This document shows, piece after piece, positions 50,301 to 62,300 of a stretch of DNA of 64,000 nucleotides (position 1 is the stretch's first letter; the number at the start of each line of letters is the position of its first letter). The notes under the pieces were generated by a model, which was not told where the DNA came from, did no database searches, and saw only the letters and a program-made list of their open reading frames with translations. Both the position numbers and the translations under genes were made by a program. Source of the stretch: Macrostomum hystrix (taxonomy: Eukaryota > Animalia > Platyhelminthes); assembly GCA_950097015.1 (NCBI GenBank), contig CATNEN010000003.1, forward strand, positions 15,810,001-15,874,000, given 5' to 3'.

Positions 50301-53117
50301 ACTAGGCATCAGATAGATAGGATAGATGGACGGAAAGACAAGCGAAAAACATCGTCTCAATTACGCTCGGGTTGATAAAAAAAAGCCAGAACTACTCACA
50401 AATCACTTCACCTTAGAACAGGGGTCGGTAAACTCCGGCCCGCAGGCCAGATGCGGCCATCGAAGCTCCCAAATGAGGCCCATTGCCCCTTTCGACACTT
50501 ATAGTATCTTGTTTCATCTCTCCTGTGTCTCATCTCTCCCGTGTCTCATCTCTCCCATGTCTCATATCTGCCGTGTATCATCTTTCCCATGTCTCATATC
50601 TCCTGTGTCTCATGTCTCCCGTGTCTCATCTCTCCTGTGTCTCATCTCTCCTGTGTCTCATCTCTCCCGTGTCTTATCTCCCCTGTGTCTCATCTCTACT
50701 GTGTCTCATCTCTACTGTTTCTTATCTCTACTGTTTTTTATCTCTACTGTTTCTCATCTCTACTGTTTCTCATCTCTACTGTGTCTCATCTCTACTGTGT
50801 CTCATCTCTACTGTTTCTCATCTCTACTGTTTCTCATCTCTACTGTTTCTCATCTCTACTGTGTCTCATCTCCCCCGTGTATCATATTTCCCATGTCTCA
50901 TCTCTCCCGTGTATCATCTCTACTGTGTCTCATCTCTCCCGTGTCTTATCTCCCCTGTGTCTCATCTCTACTGTGTCTCATCTCTACTGTTTCTTATCTC
51001 TACTGTTTCTCATCTCTACTGTTTCTCATCTCTCCCGTGTATCATCTTTCCCATGTCTCATCTCTCCCGTGTATCATCTTTCCCATGTCTCATCTCTCCT
51101 GTGTCTTATCTCCCCTGTGTCTCATCTCTCCCCTATCTCATATTTCTACTATCAATGCGGCCCGCTGTCGTGTTTTACGTTTTCTCTTTGTCCCGCTAGC
51201 TAACAAGTTTGCCGACCCCTGCCGGCAGAAGTAGCGTAGCTAGGGAATAGTTTTTGCCTCAACATTTTTTCGCAAGAAGCTTGATTGAGCATTCTGGTGT
51301 GGTAGGTCCAATAAATTATTCCTATTAAGAATATTTTTATATTCAAATCGCGAGTGCTATGTCACATGAAACCATGGATACTGTAGCTTAGCAACCGTTG
51401 CTGTCATCTGTGCTTGTTTATCGCTGACCGCCTAGATGACTACGTTTTTTTACCGCAGGAATCCCTCGACGATGCCACTGACCCGTGGGGTGTGAAGGTG
51501 GAACGCGTGGAGGTGTAAGTTCCGGTAGTGAAAATTTTTGAACAAGCTTTCTTCTGTAGGGTTTCGGTTTACCTATTTCATCGGACAGTGAGTGAATCGA
51601 GCGACACTGCTGGCCTAGCCTGTTTAAAAATCCTATATATTTGAGCATGCAATTAAGTTGAGCTACAGTTTCTATTCGATATTTCTTTCATATAAATCGT
51701 AAGCTCATTAATCACTGAAAAGTAGAACCTACTATAAAATAGTGAGTGAACACAGAACGCATGTCTTGTCTTTGATGACTGATTTTGAGGTCGCTTATTT
51801 GAAACTGCTCGTTAATTTTAAAAGTACTTTAGAAAAGCTTAATTAGATATGCAACAGTGTTAAGTTGAACAGGAGACAATGATATCTAGAAGAACCCATT
51901 CAATGGTTAGGATATCCAATCTAACAAGTGGGAGATCCCGTCTAACAGGATATCCTGTCTAACAGGTAGGAAGAACTGTTCAGATTTAATTTAATAAAAA
52001 TAAAGTGTAAGCTGATGCTTGGTGCTTACTACCGTCGTTGTTTTGTAAGAAATCATAGATTAGATATTGAATAATGAAAGGGTAAATTATGGTCTCATTC
52101 TGATCCTTAGCCGCTTATCATCACGATGCACACCATATATTATACTATCAAAACCAAAGTAGCTATAATTATTTACCTTTTTCTGTATTGCATATTCTGC
52201 AGCAAAGTGTATTTTTGTTTTATTTTAATTATAAAACCAATCCCACCGCATCCAAAAAGCTTTTTCTTACATTTTATCCACTCTAAAAACCCTTAATGCC
52301 CGTGATAAATAATAAAAGCTGCATGTAATATTGGAACACAATTGGAATAAAAATAAAAAACTGAAAGTTACCATTGCTAATAATTGAAATTCTCCGTGAT
52401 TCACAAAATTTTAACAAAAGACGCACCGATTCAAAAAATACTATTTTAACAGCAAGGACGTTCGCCTGCCGGTGCAACTCCAGAGGGCCATGGCGGCCGA
52501 AGCTGAGGCGGCTCGAGAGGCTCGAGCCAAGGTGAGAGGCACTTCTAGAAATAGCATAGAATTGCTTCTCAGTGCAGATATTCCCATAACAGTTGAAATC
52601 CCAACTCAAGCATTCAGGCTCAAGAATATTATCCTATAAAAGTGTTTACTCTCAAACATCCCAAGCACAATTATCCCAATGACTCGATCATCCCAGAAAC
52701 AATTATCCCAGTGACTCGAACATCCCTACACAATGATCCCAATGACTCGATTATCCCAAACACAATAATCCCAATGACTCGAACATCCCCAACACAGTTA
52801 TTCCAAGGACTCGAACTTCCCAGCACTTTCATCTCCAAAATGATTTACTTTTACGCTTAAAAAAACTGATATTCGAGTATTATCCCTTTCGAGTATTCCC
52901 TTTCGACTCATCCCAAATTCCGCAGGTGATCGCAGCTGAAGGTGAACAGAAAGCTTCTCGAGCTCTTAAAGAGGCCGCCGATGTGATCAACGAGTCGCCG
53001 TTCGCCCTGCAGCTACGCTACCTGCAGACACTGAACACAATCTCGGCTGAGAAGAATTCCACCATTATATTTCCTCTGCCGCTGGAGATTCTGTCACATT
53101 TCATGCACAAGTCGTAA
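38333..53117 (+). CDS. Stomatin / MEC-2-like SPFH (band 7) protein, core exons 38333-38442, 40062-40217, 46969-47172, [49009-49064 OR 51459-51514], 52453-52531, 52926-53117
   Basis: Spliced translation: [30 protein letters not shown] / [16 protein letters not shown]...[12 protein letters not shown]...[13 protein letters not shown] / [19 protein letters not shown]...[24 protein letters not shown] / [17 protein letters not shown] / [26 protein letters not shown] / [14 protein letters not shown]...[10 protein letters not shown]...[12 protein letters not shown]. These are canonical stomatin motifs, all introns are GT-AG, and phases are consistent. Confidence 0.95.
38641..40015. repeat. 14-bp minisatellite catgtccattctcc (about 74 apparently invariant copies to ~39680, then degenerate)
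   Basis: Direct inspection; source of six spurious 385-464 aa ORFs. Confidence 0.97.
40545..41225. repeat. 15-16 bp minisatellite ggggttgtgaagctt
   Basis: Direct inspection. Confidence 0.95.
41817..42146 (+). mobile_element. tRNA-headed SINE (family 2), full length
   Basis: A box TGGCAGAGCGG, B box GTTCGATTCC, ~250-nt body, (ATT)n tail, and imperfect flanking duplication tttcttaaagt / tttctgaaagt. Confidence 0.85.
43719..44054 (+). mobile_element. tRNA-headed SINE (family 2), second full-length copy
   Basis: Colinear with 41817-42146, with an (ATT)n tail and tagggccc on both flanks. Confidence 0.85.
45133..46778. repeat. 15-bp minisatellite attctaaatctaccg (~110 copies)
   Basis: Direct inspection. 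Confidence 0.97.
49009..49064 (+). CDS. Stomatin duplicated exon A ([19 protein letters not shown])
   Basis: ttctag acceptor, 56 nt, GTAAGT donor. Confidence 0.9.
49361..49600 (+). mobile_element. Family 1 CORE-type SINE, internally deleted
   Basis: ggtcaggggttcgatt B box, gcttcagttcacccagctgttaaattggtacc core, and a 3' part matching the 21962 copy. Confidence 0.8.
50419..51221. mobile_element. Second copy (opposite orientation) of the minisatellite-carrying hAT-type element
   Basis: TIRs caggggtcggtaaac / gtttgccgacccctg; subterminal sequences match 13788-14330 inverted; expanded internal gtgtctcatctct repeats; TSD not clean. Confidence 0.85.
51459..51514 (+). CDS. Stomatin duplicated exon B ([19 protein letters not shown])
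   Basis: ttttttaccgcag acceptor, 56 nt, GTAAGT donor. Confidence 0.9.
52655..52825. repeat. Degenerate ~33-bp repeat (cacaattatcccaatgactcga...)
   Basis: Recurring atcccaatgactcga motif. Confidence 0.7.
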
Positions 53118-55279
53118 TTTAAGCAAAGTTTGTTCGACAAAACTAAAACTGAAAAAAGATCTTATCTCGTTTAAATGACAAAGTAAACAAAAAAACTACA
53201 ATTTTTTATTCTAAGAGATTGATTTGTTGCATTGCCAATAATTATGATAAATAATTAAGAGAAACGGACAAGGTAAATAAGACTAATTCTACTCCAGAAA
53301 TACTGATGTTGTAAATATCATTAAATAGCATGTTTATAAACAGAAGTAAAATATGCCATTAGGCTAATATTATTTTCTTTAATGTGGTGAGGCACTCGAT
53401 TTCGCACGCGTTTGTGTGTGTGTGTGTGTACAGTTTGAAGTGGAATCGCACGAATTCACCTGCTTTAGTTTTTGTGATTTTGTGATCTGTTCAGCTATTT
53501 TTCTTATTCCCAAATCATGCAGCGAATTCTCAATTCAGTTTTTTTAAGAAATGAAGACTTTTGAAACTTTGAATCTTTTTATTTTGTACTTTTTATTAAC
53601 TATTATAAGAATCGTTTGTACTGCAAATGTATGTCAACAAAATATTAACATTTTTTATGTGTTGTCTGAAAGTTTTTTGCAACATACGGTTAATTTCAAA
53701 GCTCTAATAAGCTATATGAGTAATCAATAATTACCGGTAGTAGCCTGACCTTAAAAGCTTCTGCTACGACGATATCAGCTATTTTTACTCGTAATATATA
53801 AGATCCTGAAACTGTAGATCTGGCAAGTTTATCAACCGCATATCATGTAATACTAAATCTCTATGCTCGGTTCTTTTACTGAGTGTTTCTATGAAAATGT
53901 GTGTTCTTTATTATAAATTATTATCTCCTGCAGAACCCCACAAGTACATTACTCTATTGTCACTCTAATGAACCGTCCATTTTGTTTAAACATACGATTT
54001 TTCCCTTTCCTACAGCTTCGCCACGACCCAACCATTGCAATAATTAATAAAGATTTAAATAATAGTTCTAATTTCGTTCACTCCAAGTTTTAAGCAATAA
54101 ACATAACTTATTTCGATCGGAACTATTAACCGTTGGATCACCTGCATAATTAAGAAATAATTATCTTTCCATATAATGTTCAATGTTCAATGATTAAAAC
54201 AAGATCTAAATTTGATTTTGAATGTTTCTTTGCCAAGAGAGACTTTTCAACATATCTGTCAGGATTATTGGTAAAATATTATAAAAGTTTGATAAATAAA
54301 AAATTAAGCCATGATGTGTAACAATTCGTCGATTTAAAATTTGAGTGTGTCGTCACTTAAAAAAAACTCTTATAGATGCCATTTTGTGTTTGTGTCGGTC
54401 AGTCAGTCAGCACGCGACAAGCCAGCCCCAGAGCAGCCGCACCCAACACCCCTCAACCTCCGTCTACTAGAGGTTTGGTTGGTGCACGCAGCCAGCCGAC
54501 TGGCTTTGGCTAAGCCGATCGAGTGGAGGCCCCTCTATCTCGCGCTATAATTGTTCATGTATAAATGAATATATGCGCAAAAATTTTCGTTGCTACTTCA
54601 ACTGACTCAGGAACAAAAATGTATTCCACCTCAGTTTTTATGTTTAAATAAATAAATCACATATATTAACATATCTTCTCTGAACTAATACTCATAACCC
54701 CCTTCTTGAGTTTCGATCAACTCGAAGTTTCGATGTAGCAGTTTCGATAGATGCTGCTTCGATCAACTTCCAAAACAATATCTAACAGTTTCCAAATTGC
54801 CATTACATAATTACATAATTTTATAATTATATGTAAAGGGGGGATTACGGATAAATATTTCCCAAGCGTCAGAAAAATTGTGGGAGAGTTGAGAGGGAGG
54901 AGTATTGCCATTAATACATAGGCCTAGTCTATTTTTTCATTGTTAATTCAACTTTTTTTCAATTATACCCCCATAAAAAATTCCTAGCTACGCCACTGAT
55001 TTCCCTCCTATTTTAACTTAATCCAAATTATAAGTTGCACACATTACTGCCTGCTTTTCATATTAGTTAGTTCGTTATTACACAAATCACAATTATCACA
55101 TTAATCATTTTGCTCGATATTTTATTATATGCAATATTTATATTATAGTAATTTGGTCCTTTACTATTGCGTTGATATATCATTATTGTTATATTTGTTA
55201 TATTTGTTTTGTATTATTTTTTAACAGTCTTAAAGAGAGAACTTCCATGAAATTCGGAGACCCAATCTTGCAATAGATC

Positions 55280-55445
55280 ACTAACTACTGATTATACCCC
55301 CCGTTAGTCCATAGAGCTGCCGCAGACCAAGAAATTTAGGCGCATGTCTAACTCGATATGCGCAATTCGCCAGATATTTTTTCGTGCGATACTTTTTTCA
55401 TAAGGTTGGGGGGGTACGCTACGGGGGGTATAATCAGTAGTTAGT
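55280..55445. mobile_element. 166-bp MITE
   Basis: 25-bp perfect TIR actaactactgattataccccccgt; direct flanking duplication aatagatc (55272-55279 and 55446-55453). Confidence 0.85.
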
Positions 55446-56255
55446 AATAGATCTGCAGCGGTACATTCCTTCTTATCGCGGCATTAGATGTTTTCTTCAC
55501 TTTTCTCTTGTCTACGACACAACTTAATTGTTTGGCCATATCACTATCTTCAGTGACAATTAAAAAATGCCAGTTGAATGTTATTTAGCTCATATGTTTT
55601 AATGGAGCTAAAATTGTGTTGTTTAGTTTACATTTCAATCTAGCTAGGCCTGTCCTAATCAATTTTTAAGTTCGGGTAATAAAATTATGCTTGATTTTAA
55701 AACATTACATGATAGTGGAGGTGACAGTTCCATTTTTATCTAAATAAAAGAACTAGAGCCTATCTATCCTAATCTAACACACAGACCGCATAGCCACAAC
55801 CCAGTATACACAGTACACTATCTATCAAGACATTAGGAAATATTGCAGATTTATCCCCAATAGGGCCCTACCTAATAATTTTTTAATGTTAAAATTAGCT
55901 TTTAGTTGCCGACTTTTTAATTATATGTGCAATAGTCTAGTTTAAATTTGCACTAAATATATTCTATGCATATAGTAATAATATTGGTTGGCATTCCTTC
56001 GGTTTAAGATCCCTGAAATTTGTGACGATCCCCATAAGAAAGATATGCAAGAGTAAGAAATTTGTGTTTTTTAATCATATTTTAAACTAGCACTGAAAAT
56101 CACTCCAAGCCTTTTTATTTTTCTGTCATCAATTGATCAAATGTAACCAGAATGAAATGATGCAAAGAGATCTGCTCATTCACATACATTCATCAAATTG
56201 AAAGAGTTGCTTGTTACAAAACTGGTTTCAGAACTGTTCCATGAAGAGGATCCTA

Positions 56256-56525
56256 TATACATGCGCAACCTCCCAAATCTTAGCCGGCCGTGCGACTTAG
56301 TTTTTGCTCTCATTTGCGACTTAGTTCATTTTATTGCTCTATTTACGACTTAGTTTGCTCTTATTTGCTCTCTTTCACTCCCCTTTTTCCTTTTCTTCAC
56401 GCCTTCCTTTTTTGTCCCTTGGTCCCCCCTTTGATTTTTTTGCGCTTGGTCTATTGGTTTTTGCGACTTACCTTGCTTAGCCCTCGTTTCACCCGGCCGG
56501 GTCAGCCGGGTGTTGCGCATGTATG
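56256..56525. mobile_element. ~270-bp hAT-type MITE, copy 1
   Basis: TIR (c/t)atacatgcgcaac / gttgcgcatgtatg; 8-bp TSD ggatccta (left 56248-56255; right copy split by copy 2). Confidence 0.85.
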
Positions 56526-56529
56526 GGAT

Positions 56530-56810
56530 CATACATGCGCAACCTCCCAAATCTTAGCCGGCCTTGCGACTTAGTTTTTGCTCTCAATTGCGACTTAGTT
56601 CGTTTCATTGCTCTATTTACGACTTAGTTTGCTCTCATTTGCTCTCTTTTTCTCTCCCCTTTTTCCTTTTCTTCACGCCTTCCTTTTTTGTCCCTTGGTC
56701 CCCCCTTTGATTTTTTGGCGCTTGGTTGATTGGTTTTTGCGACTTACCTTGCTTGGCCCTCGTTTCACCCAGCCGGTTCGGCCGGGTCGGCCGGGTGTTG
56801 CGCATGTATG
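56530..56810. mobile_element. ~280-bp hAT-type MITE, copy 2
   Basis: Same TIRs; 8-bp TSD tatgggat (56522-56529 and 56811-56818). Confidence 0.85.
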
Positions 56811-58375
56811 TATGGGATCCTATATATCCACTTCAGTTTATGATCATTTAAATGGCAGAAATACATGTAAATGATCGTGAACCTAAGCTGAGGGGGGGTA
56901 AGTGGCAAAGTTAGTTCAGGGCGCATGTGAATCCATTAATTCAAGCCATTTCAATCGCTGATAGGTCCAAGTTGAACAGATGATTGTCAGAAACTGCTGC
57001 TGGCCCCGCACATGAATAGACTGCCGTCAGGTCATTCTAGAACTACTTCACAAGTTCACGTGGCTCTTTGCTGTGGTGAGTTTAATACATGTGACAACAG
57101 TAGTTCAACCACTAAATAGCAACTTCCGACTCGACTCTTTACAGTGTCTGCAGAGATCTATAGATGAAAACAAATGAATTAGTATATTATTACATCTCCA
57201 CTACCCCCCCTCAGCTTCTGTTAACGATCATATGAATGGATAATCTGTATGTCAATAAACCTTTGAAAACCAAAGGTAGGCCCTAGTGGGTATGCCGATA
57301 GTGATGAATTTCAGTTTACTGCTACTACTCACACCAAAACCCCCTACCTTCAGTTCATGATCATTTGCATGTATTTCTGCCATTTAAATGATTGTAAACC
57401 AAAGTGGATATATAGGATCCTCTTCATGGAACAGTTCTGAAACCAGTTCTGTAACAAGCAACTCTTTCAATTTGATGAATGTATGCGAATGAGCAGATCT
57501 CTTTGCATCTTTTCATTCTGGTTGGTGTTCACACAATTTTTGCTTCCTTCAAGCAGGCCATGATCACTAAAATGGAAAAATACATGGGGATTGTGAACAG
57601 AAATATGGGTGGAAAAATGATTGTAAACCAAAGGAATGCCATAATATTTTACCTATGTTAATGTGTTTAAATGTCACAAATATATTGAATATACACTCGG
57701 CATATTAGGAATATATAATTCAGGTAAAGTTGCTTGCTTGGCAAGTAAGATAATTAGAAAGGTGAGAATCAACATTTAACAATGTGTTTCGCACAACAGT
57801 GTGCATCTTCAGGTTTATTTTAAACGAATATAGCAAGTAGAGAAGTGAATAAATATGAGATTTTTGGGTGTAAATTTAATCAATATTTTAATATTTTCAG
57901 TACATATTTGATAGTCCATAAGTCGAGAGGCAAAGTCCAGGGACGGATTGTTAGTGTTGCAGCCAACAGTACAGAATGTACAGCCAGACCATAGGCAAAA
58001 GAATCCCAACAGACATTAACAGACTAGGCCTACAGTGGGACTGATATACTTAGTTAATTATATTTTTTTATTTGGCTTCTAGGAGCTACACTGATTTGTA
58101 GTTGTTTTAATTTTAAATAGTTATATTAGTTGCACACAAATTGCAATGAGCTATATTTTTCAGTTTAAAAGTTCTTTGATGCCATTTAAAAAAATATTTT
58201 TTATGATAAAATACTGGAAACAAATATTTTTTGCTTGCTTAGTGACAATATTTTTGCTATATCATGTTTTAAGGCTGATCTTGCACTTTTTACCAAGTAA
58301 ATTAAATTTGACACAGTTAGCAAAAAATATTTTTGAGACTACCCAATATCAACCAGACATCAGCAGCTCTAAAAT

Positions 58376-58647
58376 CATACATGCGCAACCTCCCAAATCT
58401 TAGCCGGCCGTGCAACTTAGTTTTTGCTCTCATTTGCGACTTAGTTTGTTTCATTGCTCTATTTACAACTTAGTTTGCTCTCATTTGCTCTCTTTTTCTC
58501 TCCCCTTTTTCCTTTTCTTCACGCCTTCCTTTTTTGTCCCTTGGTCCCCCCTGTGATTTTTTTGCGCTTGGTTGATTGGTTTTTGCGACTTACCTTGCTT
58601 GTCCCTCGTTTCACCCGGCCAGTTTGGCCGGGTGTTGCGCATGTATG
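58376..58647. mobile_element. 272-bp hAT-type MITE, copy 3
   Basis: TIR catacatgcgcaac / gttgcgcatgtatg; perfect 8-bp TSD tctaaaat. Confidence 0.9.
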
Positions 58648-59348
58648 TCTAAAATAAATAAAGAAAATACATAAAACAATTCCCCCTGTAGTCTTCCTCA
58701 GTCCCCCTATTGTCCCCTGTTGTGGTCCTGTTGCACTCTGTTGGGTTAGACTTCAGTTTTTACTTGAACCCAATCAATCCATTGTGAAATTGTATTTCCT
58801 TCCAGGTCTTCCCTTAGGCCTTGGGCTTGGCAGTGTTGGTGGCTACTTCATGGTCATACTTTATAAGTCACCCTTTAATTTGATAAATCAGACGTGCCCT
58901 TGAACTGGAAGCTCTAACAGCAGGATAATCTAGTAAAAATATAAATTTTTATGTCATTTTATAATAAACTGATGTGTATGCAGCATATCATTTACTTGGA
59001 ATAATAGTGCATGCATAACAAAAAAATTATGCCAATCATTTTCATTGTACACTTGTATGAGGTGTTAGCTAGTTAGCTCATGCGATCTAATAAAGTGAAT
59101 CTCATGTATTTGTTAGTTAATTTGTCATATTTACTAGTTATAGTAAAGGGACACATAAAATTAGCCATTGTATTATTAATCACACCATTAGACAATAAAG
59201 CAATTTATGCCAAGTGACTTGCACTATGAAAGAAGCCATTTAATAAGTTCAGGGAAAGCAAGAACTACAATTTGATCAATGGCATTGTAATGTTATCAAT
59301 GGCTTAATTGTCTTACACCCTTTCAATGTCCATTAATTATCACTGCAG

Positions 59349-62300
59349 CATAGTGGAGTTGAGGCCTGGCTGCCTTTCTGCCTTGCCTGTCTGGCATTGG
59401 CCCTGGGTAACTATGCCTACAGAAATGGCGCCCTTGGTTTCATCTCTGTTGCTAAGAAATTTCGTCGACGCGATTGTGTAGCCTACTTGTTACAGAGCAT
59501 GCGTCGCCAGTACTGCATGGTTTGGCCAATTCATTCTCAAAAGTCTAGACCTTCTAATGAACTTAGATTCAATATGAATAATAGAAAATCTGCACAATAC
59601 TATGGAAATCAAGAAAACAAACATAAAAGAAGAATGTCCGACAGTGTAATAGTGGCTGCTTCTAGATCCATATCAACTTCACTTCAGTCAACAAAGGCTT
59701 CGGTGTCGGATTGCCGTCGTCTATTGCGTAGTAGTATTTTATTTGGTCTGTCAGAGTTCTTGCCTTACTTAAAACGCTTGCAGCCCAAACAGATCTCTAG
59801 TCTAGCTGAGGCTATTGTGTCTTGCACCATCGCTAGGGGTTATCTGCTTTCAAATAGTCAATTATCTAGTGGTGTATTATTTGTTGATACTGGTCTTGTT
59901 GAGATTTTCTTGGAACACAATGATAAGAATTCTGTTTTAGTTGAGACAGTCCCTGCCGGAGAAATCATCTTCAGTTCATTGGCGCTCTTGAGAAGCATTC
60001 ATGAGCTTCCAGTTGTTGAGAATAAACATTTGAAATTTCGAGCTGCAATTGATACTAGTTATCGTTGGCTACCATTTGACGCTGTTTTAGCCGCCTCTAA
60101 ACTAGACAATGGTGACTTAGTAGAGGCGCATTGTTGGCGCCACTTTTGTCGACTTACCGAGCGGGGTGTCGTTCCATTGCTGCTGTCTGATGAGGCACCT
60201 GTGCCATGGCTAATTGATCAATCTGACAGGGCTGTCAGCGAAAACCTTTACAAAACTGTGGCTGAAATTCTGGGTGTTGATAGTGTGAACGAGTTCGCCT
60301 GCACAATCATCGACTTTACTAAAAAGAACAGCGATGATGAATTGTCGGTGGCGTCTGTTACTGTTGTCGAAGCGGGCGGCGGACAAGTTGGTGAATTAAT
60401 TTTCATTGCACACGGCTGTCTATGGCAGCGAATCAATGGTCACGCAGTGCTGATTGGCAGGTGAGAAGCTGGCTCTTAATTATGTTGATTAATAATAATA
60501 GAGGACTGTCACCTTTAGCCCGAACAATACTCACAATATCACGAAATCCAGACAAATAATATAACCTCGGGTTAAAAAGATTTTCTGCGCTAGAACCAAG
60601 ACACAGCACGCTGCCAGCGACTTTTCGAAGATGCCTTGTCATTTCAAATAGCCTAGTGTATTGACCAGCGAGATTGGAGGAACTAACAAGCCCAGTGTAT
60701 ATAGCTAGTCAAGTGGTGCCATCCGAAATTTGAATGCTTGGCATAGTTGTACTAAGTTGTACTAAGTACTAAGACCACGGGGTATTTCAACTACCCACTG
60801 CCTATTTCACGATAGCAGAAGTGAATCGAAATCCCCCTTTATGATGAGCTAACTTTCAAAGCCATCCGATACAGCATCGTCGAGATATTCAGCGATTCTT
60901 GTCGGAGTCCCTGGTGACAAGGAGAACGAACATGGCTCTGAATAAACCTGCTTTGGCGAATTCATATTGGTTCAAAATAAAATAACATTAGGCAATCCAA
61001 AATAGTCAACAATGATAGTCGACATAATTACATCATGAAATTTTGTGAGTAGAAAATTTTTGTCAGAACATGTTTTTTGCCACCAGACACCCGAAGAGAA
61101 TCGTTGAATATCCTGACGATGCCAATGTGTTGCGACTTTAGCCCGTGTTATGGATTTTCCTGGCGATTGATTGAATATTTTTGGAGGTATAGTATAGAAA
61201 AAATGGGTATTTGCAATACCCCTGTAGTCTTTCTACTGTTAACACCCAGTGGAATTTAGTATCACATTGCTTGCCAGTACTATGTTAGAATAGATGGAAA
61301 CAGCATGCTAATTATACTTGAAACAATTGATTTTGAAACCACCTTACCCGTCAGATCCGGAGACCTAGTTGGTCAGCTGGCCTACTTCAGTCGACTACCA
61401 CTGGCTTCCGCCGGGGATATTTACAGTCGAGGTTGCGCTTCGCCCACTCTGTTGGTTCGCATTAACCTACCTCTGGCACTAAACAAGTCTAACCTTGCTT
61501 TTGCAATCGATCGTTTAGCCAAACGCTTTTTGGACTCTTTAACAATTGGCTCTCCTTCGTTGGCATCGCCCGCTGTTTTTAATTTAGTGTCCACTTTGGA
61601 CATCATAGCGCGTTTTGTTTACATACAGAGTGGCGATCTATTATTGCCGTTGCCGTCTTCAGATTTTCAATCGAGAGCTTGTGCTTCAGCGAACTGTTAT
61701 TATGTACTTTCTGGTAGGCTGCAAGATTATCAACTAGAATCTAATCAAGATAAGAATGAAGAACAGAAAGAAACAGAAAATAATAACATGGTAACTAATG
61801 AGTGCTACAATCGGGGCAGCCTGGTCAATATAACATCTGTACTTAATGGCACCCGTAGCACTTATTCCTCTTCATCGTTGGCCGTGTTTGCTATTCGCGA
61901 CTCGGAACTATTGCGCTTCTCTCGATGTTTTGTAGACTTTTTGTCGACAAGATTTCCAGCATTCTCGCATCGGCTAGTGTCCATCGTTGCTCACAGACTG
62001 TTGGATTCTTATCGTCCGATTTCTGAGACGGCATCAACTCAAAGCTCTCATACAAATAGTTCTGCGTCATCAAGTGTGATAGCTCTGCTTCCTGGTCAGC
62101 CGGAAATTCCTACGGAGCTGTTCGCTCAACAATTAGCCGTTTGTCTGCCTGGTAGTGTGCGGTTAGTTCCCCAATTTGTCAATGATATCAACTGCTTGAT
62201 TTCTCTTTATCCTTCAATCTTTGGTAACACAATAAAAACCAGTCGTATTATCGATTTAATCCAAACGTGATTTAATCCAAATATTAGCCTCTGCAGAACA

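Larger units (their letters stand above)
55990..57640. mobile_element. Old foldback (long-TIR, possibly Mutator-like) non-autonomous element
   Basis: Termini ggcattccttcggttta / taaaccaaaggaatgcc. Long inverted arms 56145-56255 plus 56823-56885 match 57345-57523. Confidence 0.65.

Noticed and set aside
23126-51234. Many long repetitive ORFs (538 aa, 242-278 aa, 385-464 aa, 220-306 aa)
   Set aside because: They are translations of stop-free minisatellite units, open in several frames and on both strands, and lie inside introns.
54376-54473. Possible first exon of the NTE-like gene
   Set aside because: The donor is weak, and the ATG frame is phase 1 whereas the 59349 acceptor needs phase 0.
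53117-59349. Trans-spliced operon linking the stomatin and NTE-like genes
   Set aside because: They are on the same strand, but the ~6 kb transposon-filled gap and lack of transcript data give no support.
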